This document shows positions 1-12,440 of a DNA stretch of 64,000 nucleotides, piece after piece (the first letter of the stretch is position 1; every line of letters starts with the position of its first letter). The stretch covers positions 9,794,352-9,858,351 of the forward strand of contig NC_092678.1 of the NCBI RefSeq assembly GCF_964355755.1, read 5' to 3'. The position numbers were made by a program, and so were the translations under genes. This DNA is from Antedon mediterranea. Its lineage: Eukaryota > Animalia > Echinodermata. A model generated the notes under the pieces. It was not told where the DNA came from and did not search any database. It saw only the letters and a list, made by a program, of their open reading frames with translations.

Positions 1-3000
1 ATTCTGTACACTTTGATGTTTTGTGTGAAAAAGTTTTGTCGAAATGCTCAAAATGGTCTAAAACGTTTTTAAAACGATATTAAGCTATTTTGTGCTCTTT
101 GATGTTTTTGTGTAACCAAGTTTCATCGAAATGCACAAAATGGTCTAAAACGTCTCCAAATGCGATTTGAAGCTTTTCTAAGCACTTTGCTGTTTTTATG
201 TTAACAAGTTTTTTCGAAAATCACAAAATGGTCTAAAACGTCTCCAAATGCGATTTGAAGCTCTTCTGTACACTTTGATGTTTTGTGTGAAAAAGTTTTG
301 TCAAAATGCTCAAAATGGTCTAAAACGTTTTTAAAACGATATTAAGCTATTTTGTGCTCTTTGATGTTTTTGTATAACCAAGTTTTTTCGAAAATCACAA
401 AATGGTCTAAAACGTCTCCAAATGCGATTTGAAGCTTTTCTAAACACTTTGGTGTTTTTATGTTAACAAGTTTTTTCGAAAATCACAAAATGGTCTAAAA
501 CGTCTCCAAATGCGATTTGAAGCTTTTCCAAGCACTTTGCTGTTTTTATGTTAACAATTTTTTTCGAAAATCACAAAATGGTCTAAAACGTCTCCAAATG
601 CGATTTGAAGCTATTCTGTACACTTTGATGTTTTGTGTGAAAAAGTTTTGTCGAAATGCTCAAAATGGTCTAAAACGTTTTTAAAACGATATTAAGCTAT
701 TTTGTGCTCTTTGATGTTTTTGTGTAACCAAGTTTCATCGAAATGCACAAAATGGTCTAAAACGTCTCCAAATGCGATTTGAAGCTTTTCTAAGCACTTT
801 GGTGTTTTTATGTTAAAAAGTTTTTTCGAAAATCACAAAATGGTCTAAAACGTCTCCAAATGCGATTTGAAGCTCTTCTGTACACTTTGATGTTTTGTGT
901 GAACAAGTTTTGTCGAAATGCTCAAAATGGTCTAAAACGTTTTTAAATAAGATATTAAGCTGTTTTGTGCACTTTGGTGTTTTTGTGTGAAAAGTTTTAA
1001 CGAAATGCTCAAAATGGTCTAAAACGGTTCTAATGTGATTTTAAGCACTTTGATGTTTTTGTATAACCAAGTTTCATAGAAATGCTCAAAATGGTCTAAA
1101 ACGTTTTTAAAACGATATTAAGCTATTTTGTGCTCTTTGATGTTTTTGTGTAACCAAGTTTCATCGAAATGAACAAAATGGTCTAAAACGTCTCCAAATG
1201 CGATTTGAAGCTATTCTGTACACTTTGATGTTTTGTGTGAAAAAGTTTTGTCGAAATGCTCAAAATGGTCTAAAACGTTTTTAAAACGATATTAAGCTAT
1301 TTTGTGCTCTTATATGTTTTTGTGTAACCAAGTTTTTTCGAAAATTACAAAATGGTCTAAAACGTCTCCAAATGCGATTTGAAGCTCTTCTGTTTGTTGT
1401 TTTGTGTGAAAAAGTTTTGTCGAAATGCTCAAAATGGTCTAAAACGTTTTTAAATACGATATTAAGCTGTTTTGTGCACTTTGATGATTTGTGTGAAAAG
1501 TTTTAACGAAATGCTCAAAATGGTCAAAAACGGTTTCTAATGTGATTTTAAGCACTTTGATGTTTTTGTGTAACCAAGTTTTTTCGAAAATCACAAAATG
1601 GTCTAAAACGTCTCCAAATGCGATTTGAAGCTTTTCTAAACACTTTGGTGTTTTTATGTTAACAAGTTTTTTCGAAAATCACAAAATGGTCTAAAACGTC
1701 TCCAAATGCGATTTGAAGCTTTTCCAAGCACTTTGCTGTTTTTATGTTAACAATTTTTTTCGAAAATCACAAAATGGTCTAAAACGTCTCCAAATGCGAT
1801 TTGAAGCTATTCTGTACACTTTGATGTTTTGTGTGAAAAAGTTTTGTCGAAATGCTCAAAATGGTCTAAAACGTTTTTAAAACGATATTAAGCTATTTTG
1901 TGCTCTTTGATGTTTTTGTGTAACCAAGTTTCATCGAAATGCACAAAATGGTCTAAAACGTCTCCAAATGCGATTTGAAGCTTTTCTAAGCACTTTGCTG
2001 TTTTTATGTTAACAAGTTTTTTCGAAAATCACAAAATGGTCTAAAACGTCTCCAAATGCGATTTGAAGATATTCTGAGCACTTTGGTGTTTTTATGTTAA
2101 AAAGTTTTTTCGAAAATCACAAAATGGTCTAAAACGTCTCCAAATGCGATTTGAAGCTCTTCTGTACACTTTGATGTTTTGTGTGAACAAGTTTTGTCGA
2201 AATGCTCAAAATGGTCTAAAACGTTTTTAAATACGATATTAAGCTGTTTTGTGCACTTTGGTGTTTTTGTGTGAAAAGTTTTAACGAAATGCTCAAAATG
2301 GTCTAAAACGGTTCTAATGTGATTTTAAGCACTTTGATGTTTTTGTATAACCAAGTTTCATCGAAATGCTCAAAATGGTCTAAAACGTTTTTAAAACGAT
2401 ATTAAGCTATTTTGTGCTCTTTGATGTTTTTGTGTAACCAAGTTTCATCGAAATGAACAAAATGGTCTAAAACGTCTCCAAATGCGATTTGAAGCTTTTC
2501 TAAGCACTTTGGTGTTTTTATGTTAACAAGTTTTTTCGAAAATCACAAAATGGTCTAAAACGTCTCAAAATGCGATTGAAGGTATTCTGAGCACTTTGGT
2601 GTTTTTGTGTGAAAAGTTTTAACGAAATGCTCAAAATGGTCTAAAACGGTTCTAATGTGATTTTAAGCACTTTGATGTTTTTGTATAACCAAGTTTCATC
2701 GAAATGCTCAAAATGGTCTAAAACGTTTTTAAAACGATATTAAGCTATTTTGTGCTCTTTGATGTTTTTGTGTAACCAAGTTTCATCGAAATGAACAAAA
2801 TGGTCTAAAACGTCTCCAAATGCGATTTGAAGCTTTTCTAAGCACTTTGGTGTTTTTATGTTAACAAGTTTTTTCGAAAATCACAAAATGGTCTAAAACG
2901 TCTCAAAATGCGATTGAAGGTATTCTGAGCACTTTGGTGTTTTTGTGTGAAAAGTTTTAACGAAATGCTCAAAATGGTCTAAAACGGTTCTAATGTGATT

Positions 3001-6000
3001 TTAAGCACTTTGATGTTTTTGTATAACCAAGTTTCATCGAAATGCTCAAAATGGTCTAAAACGTTTTTAAAACGATATTAAGCTATTTTGTGCTCTTTGA
3101 TGTTTTTGTGTAACCAAGTTTTTTCGAAAATCACAAAATGGTCTAAAACGTCTCCAAATGCGATTTGAAGGTATTCTGAGCACTTTGGTGTTTTTGTGTG
3201 AAAAGTTTTAACGAAATGCTCAAAATGGTCTAAAACGGTTTCTAATGTGATTTTAACCACTTTGATGTTTTTGTGTAACCAAGTTCTTTTCGAAAATCAC
3301 AAAATGGTCTAAAACGTCTCCAAATGTGATTTGAAGCTCTTCTGTACACTTTGATGTTTTGTGTGAAAAAGTTTTGTCGAAATGCTTAAAATGGTCTAAA
3401 ACGTTTTTAAATACGATATTAAGCTGTTTTGTGCACTTTGATGATTTGTGTGAAAAGTTTTAACGAAATGCTCAAAATAGTCTAAAACGGTTTCTAATGT
3501 GATTTTAAGCACTTTGATGTTTTTGTGTAACCAAGTTTTTTCGGAAATCACAAAATGGTCTAAAACGTCTCCAAATGCGATTTGAAGCTTTTCTAAGCAC
3601 TTTGGTGTTTTTATGTTAACAAGTTTTTTCGAAAATCACAAAATGGTCTAAAACGTCTCAAAATGCGATTTGAAGGTATTCTGAGCACTTTGGTGTTTTT
3701 GTGTGAAAAGTTTTAACGAAATGCTCAAAATGGTCTAAAACGGTTTCTAATGTGATTTTAACCACTTTGATGTTTTTGTGTAACCAAGTTTTTTCGAAAA
3801 TCACAAAATGGTCTAAAACGTCTCCAAATGCGATTTGAAGCTTTTCTGAGCACTTTGGTGTTTTTATGTTAACAAGTTTTTTCGAAAATCACAAAATGGT
3901 CTAAAACGTCTCCAAATGCGATTTGAAGCTATTCTGTACACTTTGATGTTTTGTGTGAAAAAAGTTTTGTCGAAATGCTCAAAATGGTCTAAAACGTTTT
4001 TAAAACGATATTAAGCTATTTTGTGCTCTTTGATGTTTTTGTGTAACCAAGTTTCATCGAAATGAACAAAATGGTCTAAAACGTCTCCAAATGCGATTTG
4101 AAGCTTTTCCAAGCACTTTGCTGTTTTTATGTTAACAAGTTTTTTCGAAAATCACAAAATGGTCTAAAACGTCTCAAAATGCGATTTCAAGGTATTCTGA
4201 GCACTTTGGTGTTTTTGTGTGAAAAGTCTTAACGAAATGCTCAAAATGGTCTAAAACGGTTTCTAACGTGATTTTAAGCACTTTGATGTTTTTGTATAAC
4301 CAAGTTTCATCGAAATGCACAAAATGGTCTAAAACGTCTCCAAATGCGATTTGAAGCTTTTCTAAGCACTATGCTGTTTTTATGTTAACAAGTTTTTTCG
4401 AAAATCACAAAATGGTCTAAAACGTCTCCAAATGCGATTTGAAGATATTCTGAGCACTTTGGTGTTTTTATGTTAAAAAGTTTTTTCGAAAATCACAAAA
4501 TTGTCTAAAACGTCTCCAAATGCGATTTGAAGCTCTTCTGTACACTTTGATGTTTTGTGTGAAAAAGTTTTGTCAAAATGCTCAAAATGGTCTAAAACGT
4601 TTTTAAAACGATATTAAGCTATTTTGTGCTCTTTGATGTTTTTGTATAACCAAGTTTTTTCGAAAATCACAAAATGGTCTAAAACGTCTCCAAATGCGAT
4701 TTGAAGCTTTTCCAAGCACTTTGCTGTTTTTATGTTAACAAGTTTTTTCGAAAATCACAAAATGGTCTAAAACGTCTCCAAATGCGATTTGAAGCTATTC
4801 TGTACACTTTGATGTTTTGTGTGAAAAAGTTTTGTCGAAATGCTCAAAATGGTCTAAAACGTTTTTAAAACGATATTAAGCTATTTTGTGCTCTTTGATG
4901 TTTTTGTGTAACCAAGTTTCATCGAAATGAACAAAATGGTCTAAAGCGTCTCCAAATGCGATTTGAAGCTTTTCCAAGCACTTTGCTGTTTTTATGTTAA
5001 CAAGTTTTTTCGCAAATCACAAAATGGTCTAAAACGTCTCCAAATGCGATTTGAAGATATTCTGAGCACATTGGTGTTTTTATTTTAAAAAGTTTTAACG
5101 AAATGCTCAAAATTGTCTAAAACGGTTTCTAATGTGATTTTAAGCACTTTGATGTTTTTGTAAAACCAAGTTTCATCGAAATGCACAAAATGGTCTAAAA
5201 CGTCTCCAAATGCGATTTGAAGCTTTTCCAAGCACTTTGCTGTTTTTATGTTAACAAGCTTTTTCGAAAATCACAAAATGGTCTAAAACGTCTCCAAATG
5301 CGATTTTAAGCTTTTCTAAGCACTTTGGTGTTTTTATGTTAACAAGTTTTTTCGAAAATCACAAAATGGTCTAAAACGTCTCCAAATGCGATTTGAAGCT
5401 CTTCTGTACACTTTGATGTTTTGTGTGAAAAAGTTTTGTCAAAATGCTCAAAATGGTCTAAAACGTTTTTAAAACGATATTAAGCTATTTTGTGCTCTTT
5501 GATGTTTTTGTATAACCAAGTTTTTTCGAAAATCACAAAATGGTCTAAAACGTCTCCAAATGCGATTTGAAGCTTTTCTAAACACTTTGGTGTTTTTATG
5601 TTAACAAGTTTTTTCGAAAATCACAAAATGGTCTAAAACGTCTCCAAATGCGATTTGAAGCTTTTCCAAGCACTTTGCTGTTTTTATGTTAACAATTTTT
5701 TTCGAAAATCACAAAATGGTCTAAAACGTCTCCAAATGCGATTTGAAGCTATTCTGTACACTTTGATGTTTTGTGTGAAAAAGTTTTGTCGAAATGCTCA
5801 AAATGGTCTAAAACGTTTTTAAAACGATATTAAGCTATTTTGTGCTCTTTGATGTTTTTGTGTAACCAAGTTTCATCGAAATGCACAAAATGGTCTAAAA
5901 CGTCTCCAAATGCGATTTGAAGCTTTTCTAAGCACCTTGCTGTTTTTATGTTAACAAGTTTTTTCGAAAATCACAAAATGGTCTAAAACGTCTCCAAATG

Positions 6001-9000
6001 CGATTTGAAGATATTCTGAGCACTTTGGTGTTTTTATGTTAAAAAGTTTTTTCGAAAATCACAAAATGGTCTAAAACGTCTCCAAATGCGATTTGAAGCT
6101 CTTCTGTACACTTTGATGTTTTGTGTGAACAAGTTTTGTCGAAATGCTCAAAATGGTCTAAAACGTTTTTAAATAAGATATTAAGCTGTTTTGTGCACTT
6201 TGGTGTTTTTGTGTGAAAAGTTTTAACGAAATGCTCAAAATGGTCTAAAACGGTTCTAATGTGATTTTAAGCACTTTGATGTTTTTGTATAACCAAGTTT
6301 CATAGAAATGCTCAAAATGGTCTAAAACGTTTTTAAAACGATATTAAGCTATTTTGTGCTCTTTGATGTTTTTGTGTAACCAAGTTTCATCGAAATGAAC
6401 AAAATGGTCTAAAACGTCTCCAAATGCGATTTGAAGCTTTTCTAAGCACTTTGGTGTTTTTATGTTAACAAGTTTTTTCGAAAATCACAAAATGGTCTAA
6501 AACGTCTCAAAATGCGATTGAAGGTATTCTGTGCACTTTGGTGTTTTTGTGTGAAAAGTTTTAACGAAATGCTCAAAATGGTCTAAAACGGTTCTAATGT
6601 GATTTTAAGCACTTTGATGTTTTTGTATAACCAAGTTTCATCGAAATGCTCAAAATGGTCTAAAACGTTTTTAAAACGATATTAAGCTATTTTGTGCTCT
6701 TTGATGTTTTTGTGTAACCAAGTTTCATCGAAATGAACAAAATGGTCTAAAACGTCTCCAAATGCGATTTGAAGCTTTTCTAAGCACTTTGGTGTTTTTA
6801 TGTTAACAAGTTTTTTCGAAAATCACAAAATGGTCTAAAACGTCTCAAAATGCGATTGAAGGTATTCTGAGCACTTTGGTGTTTTTGTGTGAAAAGTTTT
6901 AACGAAATGCTCAAAATGGTCTAAAACGGTTCTAATGTGATTTTAAGCACTTTGATGTTTTTGTATAACCAAGTTTCATCGAAATGCTCAAAATGGTCTA
7001 AAACGTTTTTAAAACGATATTAAGCTATTTTGTGCTCTTTGATGTTTTTGTGTAACCAAGTTTTTTCGAAAATCACAAAATGGTCTAAAACGTCTCCAAA
7101 TGCGATTTGAAGCTTTTCTAAGCACTTTGGTGTTTTTATGTTAACAAGTTTTTTCGAAAATCACAAAATGGTCTAAAACGTCTCAAAATGCGATTTGAAG
7201 GTATTCTGAGCACTTTGGTGTTTTTGTGTGAAAAGTTTTAACGAAATGCTCAAAATGGTCTAAAACGGTTTCTAATGTGATTTTAACCACTTTGATGTTT
7301 TTGTGTAACCAAGTTCTTTTCGAAAATCACAAAATGGTCTAAAACTTCTCCAAATGCGATTTGAAGCTCTTCTGTACACTTTGATGTTTTGTGTGAAAAA
7401 TTTTTGTCGAAATGCTCAAAATGGTCTAAAACGTTTTTAAATACGATATTAAGCTGTTTTGTGCACTTTGATGATTTTTGTGAAAAGTTTTAACGAAATG
7501 CTCAAAATAGTCTAAAACGGTTTCTAATGTGATTTTAAGCACTTTGATGTTTTTGTGTAACCAAGTTTTTTCGGAAATCACAAAATGGTCTAAAACGTCT
7601 CCAAATGCGATTTGAAGCTTTTCTAAGCACTTTGGTGTTTTTATGTTAACAAGTTTTTTCGAAAATCACAAAATGGTCTAAAACGTCTTAAAATGCGATT
7701 TGAAGGTATTCTGAGCACTTTGGTGTTTTTGTGTGAAAAGTTTTAACGAAATGCTCAAAATGGTCTTAAACGGTTTCTAATGTGATTTTAACCACTTTGA
7801 TGTTTTTTTGTAACCAAGTTTTTTCGAAAATCACAAAATGGTCTAAAACGTCTCCAAATGCGATTTGAAGCTTTTCTAAGCACTTTGGTGTTTTTATGTT
7901 AACAAGTTTTTTCGAAAATCACAAAATGGTCTAAAACATTTCCCAATGCGATTTGAAGCTATTCTGTACACTTTGATGTTTTGTGTGAAAAAAGTTTTGT
8001 CGAAATGCTCAAAATGGTCTAAAACGTTTTAAAAACGATATTAAGCTATTTTGTGCTCTTTGATGTTTTTGTGTAACCAAGTTTTATCGAAATGAACAAA
8101 ATGGTCTAAAACGTCTCCAAATGCGATTTGAAGCTTTTCCAAGCACTTTGCTGTTTTTATGTTAACAAGTTTTTTCGAAAATCACAAAATGGTCTAAAAC
8201 GTCTCAAAATGCGATTTGAAGGTATTCTGAGCACTTTGGTGTTTTTGTGTGAAAAGTTTTAATGAAATGCTCAAAATTGTCTAAAACGGTTTCTAATGTG
8301 ATTTTAAGCACTTTGATGTTTTTGTAAACCCAAGTTTCAACGAAATGCACAAAATGGTCTAAAACGTCTCCAAATGCGATTTGAAGCTTTTCCAAGCACT
8401 TTGCTGTTTTTATGTTAACAAGCTTTTTCGAAAATCACAAAATGGTCTAAAACGTCTCCAAATGCGATTTGAAGATATTCTGAGCACTTTGGTGTTTTTA
8501 TGTTAAAAAGTTTTTTCGAAAATCACAAAATGGTCTAAAACGTCTCCAAATGCGATTTGAAGCTCTTCTGTACACTTTGATGTTTTGTGTGAAAAAGTTT
8601 TGTCAAAATGCTCAAAATGGTCTAAAACGTTTTTAAAACGATATTAAGCTATTTTGTGCTCTTTGATGTTTTTGTATAACCAAGTTTTTTCGAAAATCAC
8701 AAAATGGTCTAAAACGTCTCCAAATGCGATTTGAAGATATTCTGAGCACTTTGGTGTTTTTATGTTAAAAAGTTTTTTCGAAAATCACAAAATGGTCTAA
8801 AACGTCTCCAAATGCGATTTGAAGATATTCTGAGCACTTTTGTGTTTTTATGTTAAAAAGTTTTTTCGAAAATCACAAAATGGTCTAAAACGTCTCCAAA
8901 TACGATTTGAAGCTATTCTGTACACTTTGATGTTTTGTGTGAAAAAGTTTTGTCGAAATGCTCAAAATGGTTTAAAACGTTTTTAAAACGATATTAAGCT

Positions 9001-11486
9001 ATTTTGTGCTCTTTGATGTTTTTGTGTAACCAAGTTTCATCGAAATGAACAAAATGGTCTAAAACGTCTCCAAATGCGATTTGAAGCTTTTCCAACCACT
9101 TTGCTGTTTTTTATGTTAACAAGTTTTTTCGAAAATCACAAAATGGTCTAAAACGTCTCAAAATGCGATTTGAAGGTATTCTGAGCACTTTGGTGTTTTT
9201 GTGTGAAAAGTTTTAACGAAATGCTCAAAATGGTCTAAAACGGTTCTAATGTGATTTTAAGCACTTTGATGTTTTTGTATAACCAAGTTTCATCGAAATG
9301 CACAAAATGGTCTAAAACGTCTCCAAATGCGATTTAAAGCTATTCTAGACACTTTGATGTTTTGTGTGAAAAAGTTTTCTCGAAATCCTCAAAATGGTCT
9401 AAAACGTTTTCCAATACCATATTAAGCTATTTTGTGCAATTTGATGTTTTTGTGTAACCAAGTTTTTTGAAATGCGATTTGAAGATATTCTGAGCACTTT
9501 GGTGTTTTTATGTTAAAAACTTTTTTCGAAAATCACAAAATGGTCTAAAACGTCTCCAAATGCGATTTGAAGATATTCTGAGCACTTTGGTGTTTTTATG
9601 TTAAAAAGTGTTTTCGAAAATCACAAAATGGTCTAAAACGTCTCCAAATGCGATTTGAAGCTATTCTGTACACTTTGATGTTTTGTGTGAAAAAGTTTTG
9701 TCGAAATGCTCAAAATGGTCTAAAACGTTTTTAAAACGATATTAAGCTATTTTGTGCTCTTTGATGTTTTTGTGTAACCAAGTTTTTTCGAAAATTACAA
9801 AATGGTCTAAAACGTCTCCAAATGCGATTTGAAGCTCTTCTGTACACTTTGATGTTTTGTGTGAAAAAGTTTTGTCGAAATGCTCAAAATGGTCTAAAAC
9901 GTTTTTAAAACGATATTAAGCTATTTTGTGCTCTTTGATGTTTTTGTGTAACCAAGTTTCATCGAAATGAACAAAATGGTCTAAAACGTCTCCAAATGCG
10001 ATTTGAAGCTTTTCCAAGCACTTTGCTGTTTTTATGTTAACAAGTTTTTTCGAAAATCACAAAATGGTCTAAAACGTCTCAAAATGCGATTTCAAGGTAT
10101 TCTGAGCACTTTGGTGTTTTTGTGTGAAAAGTCTTAACGAAATGCTCAAAATGGTCTAAAACGGTTTCTAATGTGATTTTAAGCACTTTGATGTTTTTGT
10201 ATAACCAAGTTTCATCGAAATGCACAAAATGGTCTAAGACGTCTCCAAATGCGATTTGAAGCTTTTCTAAGCACTATGCTGTTTTTATGTTAACAAGTTT
10301 TTTCGAAAATCACAAAATGGTCTAAAACGTCTCCAAATGCGATTTGAAGATATTCTGAGCACTTTGGTGTTTTTATGTTAAAAAGTTTTTTCGAAAATCA
10401 CAAAATGGTCTAAAACGTCTCCAAATGCGATTTGAAGCTCTTCTGTACACTTTGATGTTTTGTGTGAAAAAGTTTTGTCAAAATGCTCAAAATGGTCTAA
10501 AACGTTTTTAAAACGATATTAAGCTATTTTGTGCTCTTTGATGTTTTTGTATAACCAAGTTTTTTCGAAAATCACAAAATGGTCTAAAACGTCTCCAAAT
10601 GCGATTTGAAGCTTTTCCAAGCACTTTGCTGTTTTTATGTTAACAAGTTTTTTCGAAAATCACAAAATGGTCTAAAACGTCTCCAAATGCGATTTGAAGC
10701 TATTCTGTACACTTTGATGTTTTGTGTGAAAAAGTTTTGTCGAAATGCTCAAAATGGTCTAAAACGTTTTTAAAACGATATTAAGCTATTTTGTGCTCTT
10801 TGATGTTTTTGTGTAACCAAGTTTCATCGAAATGAACAAAATGGTCTAAAGCGTCTCCAAATGCGATTTGAAGCTTTTCCAAGCACTTTGGTGTTTTTAT
10901 GTTAACAAGTTTTTTCGCAAATCACAAAATGGTCTAAAACGTCTCCAAATGCGATTTGAAGATATTCTGAGCACATTGGTGTTTTTATGTTAAAAAGTTT
11001 TTTCGAAAATCACAAAATGGTCTAAAACGTTTCCAAATGCGATTTGAAGCTCTTCTGTACACTTTGATGTTTTGTGTGAAAAAGTTTTGTCGAAATGCTC
11101 AAAATGGTCTAAAACGTTTTTAAATACGATATTAAGCTGTTTTGTGCACTTTGATGATTTGTGTGAAAAGTTTTAACGAAATGCTCAAAATGGTCAAAAA
11201 CGGTTTCTAATGTGATTTTAAGCACTTTGATGTTTTTGTGTAACCAAGTTTTTTCGAAAATCACAAAATGGTCTAAAACGTCTCCAAATGCGATTTGAAG
11301 CTTTTCTAAACACTTTGGTGTTTTTATGTTAACAAGTTTTTTCGAAAATCACAAAATGGTCTAAAACGTCTCCAAATGCGATTTGAAGCTATTCTGTACA
11401 CTTTGATGTTTTGTGTGAAAAAGTTTTGTCGAAATGCTCCAAATGGTCTAAAACGTTTTTAAAACGATATTAAGCTATTTTGTGCT
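1..11486. repeat. AT-rich tandem satellite array (left arm), ~87-88 bp monomer plus 77-78 bp variant
   Basis: Anchor TGGTCTAAAACG starts at 54, 141, 229, 316, 403, 491, 579, 666 (spacing 87-88), and 1015->1092 is 77. Example monomer: AAAATGGTCTAAAACGTCTCCAAATGCGATTTGAAGCTTTTCTAAGCACTTTGGTGTTTTTATGTTAACAAGTTTTTTCGAAAATCAC. The array runs off the left edge. Confidence 0.98.
11482..11486 (+). other. Target site duplication GTGCT (left copy)
   Basis: TTTT-GTGCT|TGTTAACA. The uninterrupted satellite reads TTTTGTGCTCTTTGATG with a single GTGCT. Confidence 0.95.
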
Positions 11487-12289
11487 TGTTAACAGGTGTA
11501 CAGGATAAGTCAGGCAGATAACAACAATCACGATCCTCAGTAAAATCTGTCAAAGTATCTTTATTCTTTTCTCTTTCTTTCTTTAATTTGAGTATGGTCG
11601 AGGATTGAGAGGTTTCTAAACAATGATAAAAACAATAACAAACGTAATTAGCCTAAACTGAGGAATCGAGCTGATCCCTGTTGTCATGGCAACCGTAACT
11701 AGCTGAACAGCGTGTGCTCCATGCACCGAGTGGTGGCTAGTCTAAATTGACCAACGTCAACTATATAGGCCTACTATAATACAATATTATGATCGCTGAC
11801 GGTAGCTTATGCTACTCAGCCTATAAACGTTAACAATATAAAGATTTAACAAACAATAATATGTCGACATAACGCCATCAACAAGTTATATAATGAGATC
11901 ATTCTCAATTTCAATACTGAAGAACAGAGAGACGACAAGCCGTCGCCATGATGAACCGCTAGTCGTTAATTAAAGTGAAATTAACACAGGCCTAGTGATC
12001 AATATTACAATCAGAAAAAACGTACCGAAACTTCTGAACCTTCCTAGTACACTTGAAATCTTCCTTTATCTATTAACAATATTATCTTAAAGTATATGTC
12101 TAGTTTCCCTATGAAACTATACTTTAAACTACACTTTGGATGTTTAGTTCCCCTATAGAACTACGAAACCATCTTTAGCACATGGTTTTTTTGCCATCAT
12201 CCTCCGATCATGTCGAAGGTTATCGCTAGAGGGCTAATCTAAAATAATTATCTAGCGCCCTCATCTATATGTATCTTATGAACTTTACA
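11487..12289 (-). repeat. 3' LTR (803 bp)
   Basis: Identical to the 5' LTR by eye except C at 11535 vs G at 17844; preceded on the minus strand by the PPT. Confidence 0.97.
11560..11565 (-). terminator. Polyadenylation signal AATAAA in the 3' LTR (copy at 17869-17874 in the 5' LTR)
   Basis: Plus TTTATT = minus AATAAA, ~75 nt before the LTR end, the expected position near the R/U5 boundary. Confidence 0.6.
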
Positions 12290-12301
12290 CCGGCCCTCCT
12301 A
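12290..12301 (-). other. Polypurine tract
   Basis: Minus strand reads (T)AGGAGGGCCGG immediately before the TGTAAAG start of the 3' LTR. Confidence 0.8.
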
Positions 12302-12440
12302 ATGCGAATAACATAAAATGAGCATTAGCAAACTGCAAAAACAATTAGTAATCTTAATAATTAGTCTCGTTTAAAAATTTGTATCATCGTTAACTAAATA
12401 GCGTAAGATTTACTTGTTAACTATATTATGACATAAATAA

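Noticed and set aside
146-168. CENP-B-box-like TCGCATTTGGAGACG on the satellite minus strand
   Set aside because: The spacing and the required TTCG....A..CGGG core do not match.
1-11486. CRISPR-like look: constant AAAATGGTCTAAAACG with variable intervening sequence
   Set aside because: The intervening sequences are homologous to each other and recur many times, there are no cas genes, and the context is eukaryotic.
12302-12440. Possible env or extra ORF after integrase
   Set aside because: Only ~140 bp of AT-rich sequence lies between the stop codon and the PPT.
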